The notes under the pieces: model-generated
What the model was told of the DNA's origin: nothing
The model's database searches: none
What the model saw: only the letters and a program-made list of their open reading frames with translations
Assembly: GCA_019058315.1 (NCBI GenBank)
Contig: JAHPZH010000002.1
Coordinates: 704,001-768,000, forward strand
Direction of reading: 5' to 3'
DNA from: Candidatus Helarchaeota archaeon
Lineage (GTDB): Archaea > Asgardarchaeota > Lokiarchaeia > Helarchaeales > RDOG01
Length of the DNA stretch: 64,000 nucleotides
Position numbers and translations under genes: made by a program
In this document: in pieces, positions 60,963 through 64,000 of the stretch
How the letters are laid out: each line of letters begins with the position of its first letter
Numbering within the stretch: the stretch's first letter is position 1

Positions 60963-61463
60963 ATGAATTCTATCATTAAAGGAAGAGTTTGGAAATTTGG
61001 AGATAATATAGACACTGATATTATTATTCCTGGCAGATATTTAACACTTAGAGATCCTAATGAGATGGCATCTCATGCATTCGAACCTATCGACCAAGAA
61101 TTTGGTAAAAAAGTTAAAAAAGGAGATATAATTCTTGGAGGAAAGAACTTTGGATCTGGATCTAGTAGAGAAGAAGCTCCATTTGTTCTAAAACAATTAG
61201 GAATATCTGCCATTGTCGCGGAATCTTTTGCTCGTATTTTTTTTAGAAATGCTATAAATTTAGGAATTCCTTTAATTGAGATTAAAGAAATTTCAAAAAA
61301 AGTCAAAGCTGGACAGGAAATTGAAATAGATCTTCCTAATGGTACCTTAAAAAACTTAGAATCCCAAGAAATTTTTAAATATGCTCCAATTCCAGATTTT
61401 CTTATGGATATTCTTCAAGCTGGAGGGGCAATAGAAGCGATTAAAAAAAGAATAAAGAAATAA
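60963..61463 (+). CDS. leuD: 3-isopropylmalate dehydratase / homoaconitase small subunit
   Basis: GDNIDTDIIIP, NFGSGSSREEA, SFARIFFRNAINLG motifs; LeuD versus HacB specificity is not resolvable by eye. Confidence 0.88.
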   Translation: MNSIIKGRVWKFGDNIDTDIIIPGRYLTLRDPNEMASHAFEPIDQEFGKKVKKGDIILGGKNFGSGSSREEAPFVLKQLGISAIVAESFARIFFRNAINLGIPLIEIKEISKKVKAGQEIEIDLPNGTLKNLESQEIFKYAPIPDFLMDILQAGGAIEAIKKRIKK

Positions 61464-61475
61464 GGAGTTAAAAAT

Positions 61476-62726
61476 TTGCCAACTATTGCTGAAAAGATTT
61501 TTACATCACACTCTGATAATGAAAAAGTAGAACCTGGTCAAATTATTAATGCTAAAGTAGATATTATTATGGTTCATGATATGCTTGGAATGCGTGTAGT
61601 TGATACTTTTGAAAAAATTGGAATAGATAAAGTAAAGAATCCAGATCGCATAGTTGCACTTTTAGATCACTGGGTTCCTCCAAATACTATTGATTCTGCA
61701 ATTATAAATAAATCTTCAAGGGAATTCATAAAAAAACATGGCATTAAAAATTATTTAGGTATGGATAAAGGTATTTGTCATCAAATTGTCCCTGAAAACG
61801 GCTTTATATGGCCTGGTGCTTTAATAGTAGGAACTGATAGTCATACTTGCACTTATGGAGCATTTGGAGCATTTTCTACAGGTATTGGATCAACTGATTG
61901 TGCAGTTCTATTCGCTGAAGAAAAATTATGGTTTAAAGTGCCAGAGACCATATTATACAAAATACAAGGAAAAATTCCCAATATGGTTTTTGGAAAAGAC
62001 ATAATCCTCAAATTGATAACTGATATAGGTGTTGATGGGGCTACATATAAATCCGTAGAATTTACTGGGGATGCAATTAATGAACTTAGTATTGATGGTA
62101 GAATGACCATGTGCAACATGGGTATAGAGATGGGTGCAAAAGCAGCTATTATTCCGCCAGACCAAAAAACTATTGATTGGTTAAAAAATCGTGTAAAACA
62201 TGATTATAGTATTGTAAAATCAGATCCTGATGCCAACTTCGAAAAAATAATTAATTTGGATATATCCAATCTAGCACCTCAAGTAGCAAAACCACATAGT
62301 CCAGGAAATGCTGTTGCTGTTAGTGAAGTTGAGGGAGTTAAAGTCGATCAATGTTTTATTGGAAGTTGTACCAATGGAAGGTTTGAAGATTTAGAAATTG
62401 CTGCGAAACTTCTGCGTGGAAAAAAAATTCATGATGATGTAAGATTAATAATAACAGCTGCATCTAAAGAAATATATACCGAAGCTTTGCATCAAGGATT
62501 GATTGAGCTTTTTATAAATGTAGGGGCAATTGTTACTCATCCTACATGTGGCGTATGCCTTGGTATTTTCGGGACTCTTGCTCCAGGAGAAGTTAGTCTT
62601 TCTTCCAGTAATCGCAATTTTATAGGTAGACAAGGCAGTCGGGAGGCAAAAATATATTTATCATCCGCAGCCACAGTGGCAGCTAGTGCTATCAAAGGCG
62701 AAATTACAGACCCAAGAACAATTTAA
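61476..62726 (+). CDS. leuC: 3-isopropylmalate dehydratase / homoaconitase large subunit
   Basis: TIAEKI, DHWVP, GICHQ, DSHTCTYGA, IGSCTNGR, CGVCLG, NRNFIGRQG motifs. Confidence 0.9.
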   Translation: MPTIAEKIFTSHSDNEKVEPGQIINAKVDIIMVHDMLGMRVVDTFEKIGIDKVKNPDRIVALLDHWVPPNTIDSAIINKSSREFIKKHGIKNYLGMDKGICHQIVPENGFIWPGALIVGTDSHTCTYGAFGAFSTGIGSTDCAVLFAEEKLWFKVPETILYKIQGKIPNMVFGKDIILKLITDIGVDGATYKSVEFTGDAINELSIDGRMTMCNMGIEMGAKAAIIPPDQKTIDWLKNRVKHDYSIVKSDPDANFEKIINLDISNLAPQVAKPHSPGNAVAVSEVEGVKVDQCFIGSCTNGRFEDLEIAAKLLRGKKIHDDVRLIITAASKEIYTEALHQGLIELFINVGAIVTHPTCGVCLGIFGTLAPGEVSLSSSNRNFIGRQGSREAKIYLSSAATVAASAIKGEITDPRTI

Positions 62727-62733
62727 TTTGCCT

Positions 62734-63186
62734 TTATTTTGTAAAAAGTTCAGGTTTTAAAAATATCTCTTTAAACGCAGATTTTAAAATATTTTCTAAG
62801 TTTTTTTTATCATTAAAATAAAATAAATGCGTTTTACACCCCGCTTTACAGTCAGAATTTCCAAAATCTTTGAATAAATTTGAATTTGAATAAGCCATTA
62901 TTTTAGATGAGAGTTCACATTCTTTTTTCTGATCTGTTTTAGTATAGTAAGCTTTTTCAGCTTCAACATTTGGGTTATTTAATAAATAATCAATATGCCA
63001 AAAAAGCGTCTTATTATTTGAGAAATGACGTTTTAACCGATTTTCGATATTAGTTGAATAATTTCCAAGAGCAGAACCAACATAAATATAATAACCCGGC
63101 AAAAAAATATATTTTTTCTTTTTTCCGATATTTAAACTGATCTCTTTTCTGACATTAATTATGATGGCATAGATTCCTTTAGTCAT
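62734..63186 (-). CDS. GIY-YIG nuclease family (DUF123)
   Basis: KGIY, YIYVGSA, RLKRH, WHIDYL, ECEL, FGNSDC..C..HL motifs. Confidence 0.9.
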   Translation of the reverse strand: MTKGIYAIIINVRKEISLNIGKKKKYIFLPGYYIYVGSALGNYSTNIENRLKRHFSNNKTLFWHIDYLLNNPNVEAEKAYYTKTDQKKECELSSKIMAYSNSNLFKDFGNSDCKAGCKTHLFYFNDKKNLENILKSAFKEIFLKPELFTK

Positions 63187-63220
63187 TTTATAAGTTTTTA
63201 TAGATCTTTTTTTTAGAAGG

Positions 63221-63994
63221 TTATGCTGAAGCTCTTTTCGGTTTTGCTCTTTTAACTTTCTTATCCTTGCCTTCTATAACTTCTTCAGCTTTAGTTACTT
63301 TTTCAATATTATTAAGGGCTTCTTTTGCGACATCTCGAACGATTCCGCTTTCATCTTTTGCCTGTGCTTTTATTTGAGGGATTGGGTCGACTGTTGGTTT
63401 TACTGGAGCTTGAGTTCTTATTTTTTCCAATGTATCTGTTGCAGCAGCTCTAATTTGTTCATTTTGGGCATTTAATAATTTTGTAAGATAAGGAATAAGA
63501 ATATCATTCACTTCTGGAAATTTAATTCCAAAATTCCCTAATTCTAGAACATATCTCCATCTATCCGGGTCTTCTTTATTCTTTAAGCTGTCCATAATTA
63601 CATTTATAAATTTATTAGGAGCTTTAATCCGAATTAGCTCCAAAGTTTGTTTTATTTTTGTATATACACTTTGATTATTTAATTCCCTAATAAGGTCAGG
63701 GACGATATTTACGAAACTTTCGGGCATTTTAGCGATGATATCAGAAAAGATGTTGATTAGAATTTCATAATCTTCTTCACTTTGTCTTTTTGCGAGATCA
63801 ATTATTAATGGTGCGACATTTGGATACTTAATCCCGATTTGTGTAAACTCTGTTACACATTCAGCCCGAGTCTCCTCCTCTTTACTATTTATATAACAAT
63901 CTATAAGATAAGTTAATACTTCTTCAAATTTTTCCTTTTTTAGGAGTTTTTTAATTTGTTCAATATCTAACAAATATATCTCCGTTCTGGGCAA
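63221..63994 (-). CDS. HEAT-repeat protein (may extend beyond window)
   Basis: LIPYLTKLLNAQNEQIRAAATDTLEKI and DESGIVRDVAKEAL; reading frame stays open to the window edge. Confidence 0.82.
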   Translation of the reverse strand: MPRTEIYLLDIEQIKKLLKKEKFEEVLTYLIDCYINSKEEETRAECVTEFTQIGIKYPNVAPLIIDLAKRQSEEDYEILINIFSDIIAKMPESFVNIVPDLIRELNNQSVYTKIKQTLELIRIKAPNKFINVIMDSLKNKEDPDRWRYVLELGNFGIKFPEVNDILIPYLTKLLNAQNEQIRAAATDTLEKIRTQAPVKPTVDPIPQIKAQAKDESGIVRDVAKEALNNIEKVTKAEEVIEGKDKKVKRAKPKRASA

Positions 63995-64000
63995 AAGATA

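Noticed and set aside
62734-63186. GIY-YIG gene as a homing endonuclease or partner of the methyltransferase
   Set aside because: It is the common archaeal DUF123 type, not in an intron, and lies 16 kb from the MTase.

Overview
AT-rich (about 25-30% GC by eye) chromosomal window from an Asgard archaeon, most like Lokiarchaeia/Helarchaeales. The assignment rests on many eukaryotic-signature proteins: a Rab-like GTPase, a roadblock protein, five longin-domain proteins, a gelsolin and an hSSB1-like SSB. Archaeal housekeeping genes are also present (Hef helicase, archaeal GlyA, thiolase/DUF35, HdrBC, LeuCD-type aconitase). No rRNA, tRNA, CRISPR array or transposase was seen. Highlights: (i) a co-directional LRR / Rab-like GTPase / NPRL2-like (longin plus three winged helices) locus resembling a proto-GATOR1 module; (ii) three tandem 7TM-longin fusion genes with a visible duplication breakpoint; (iii) an LRR x4 plus roadblock gene run divergent from SUKH-like/HEAT/TPR genes, resembling a polyimmunity locus; (iv) a stand-alone SIR2-TPR candidate defence NADase; (v) a high-GC katG set in AT-rich flanks next to a Fur/PerR gene and Fur boxes; (vi) a shared C-terminal anchor pattern on three surface beta-propeller proteins; (vii) a Zn-ribbon plus three-domain gelsolin. 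All family calls are from motif recognition by eye; no database searches were run.
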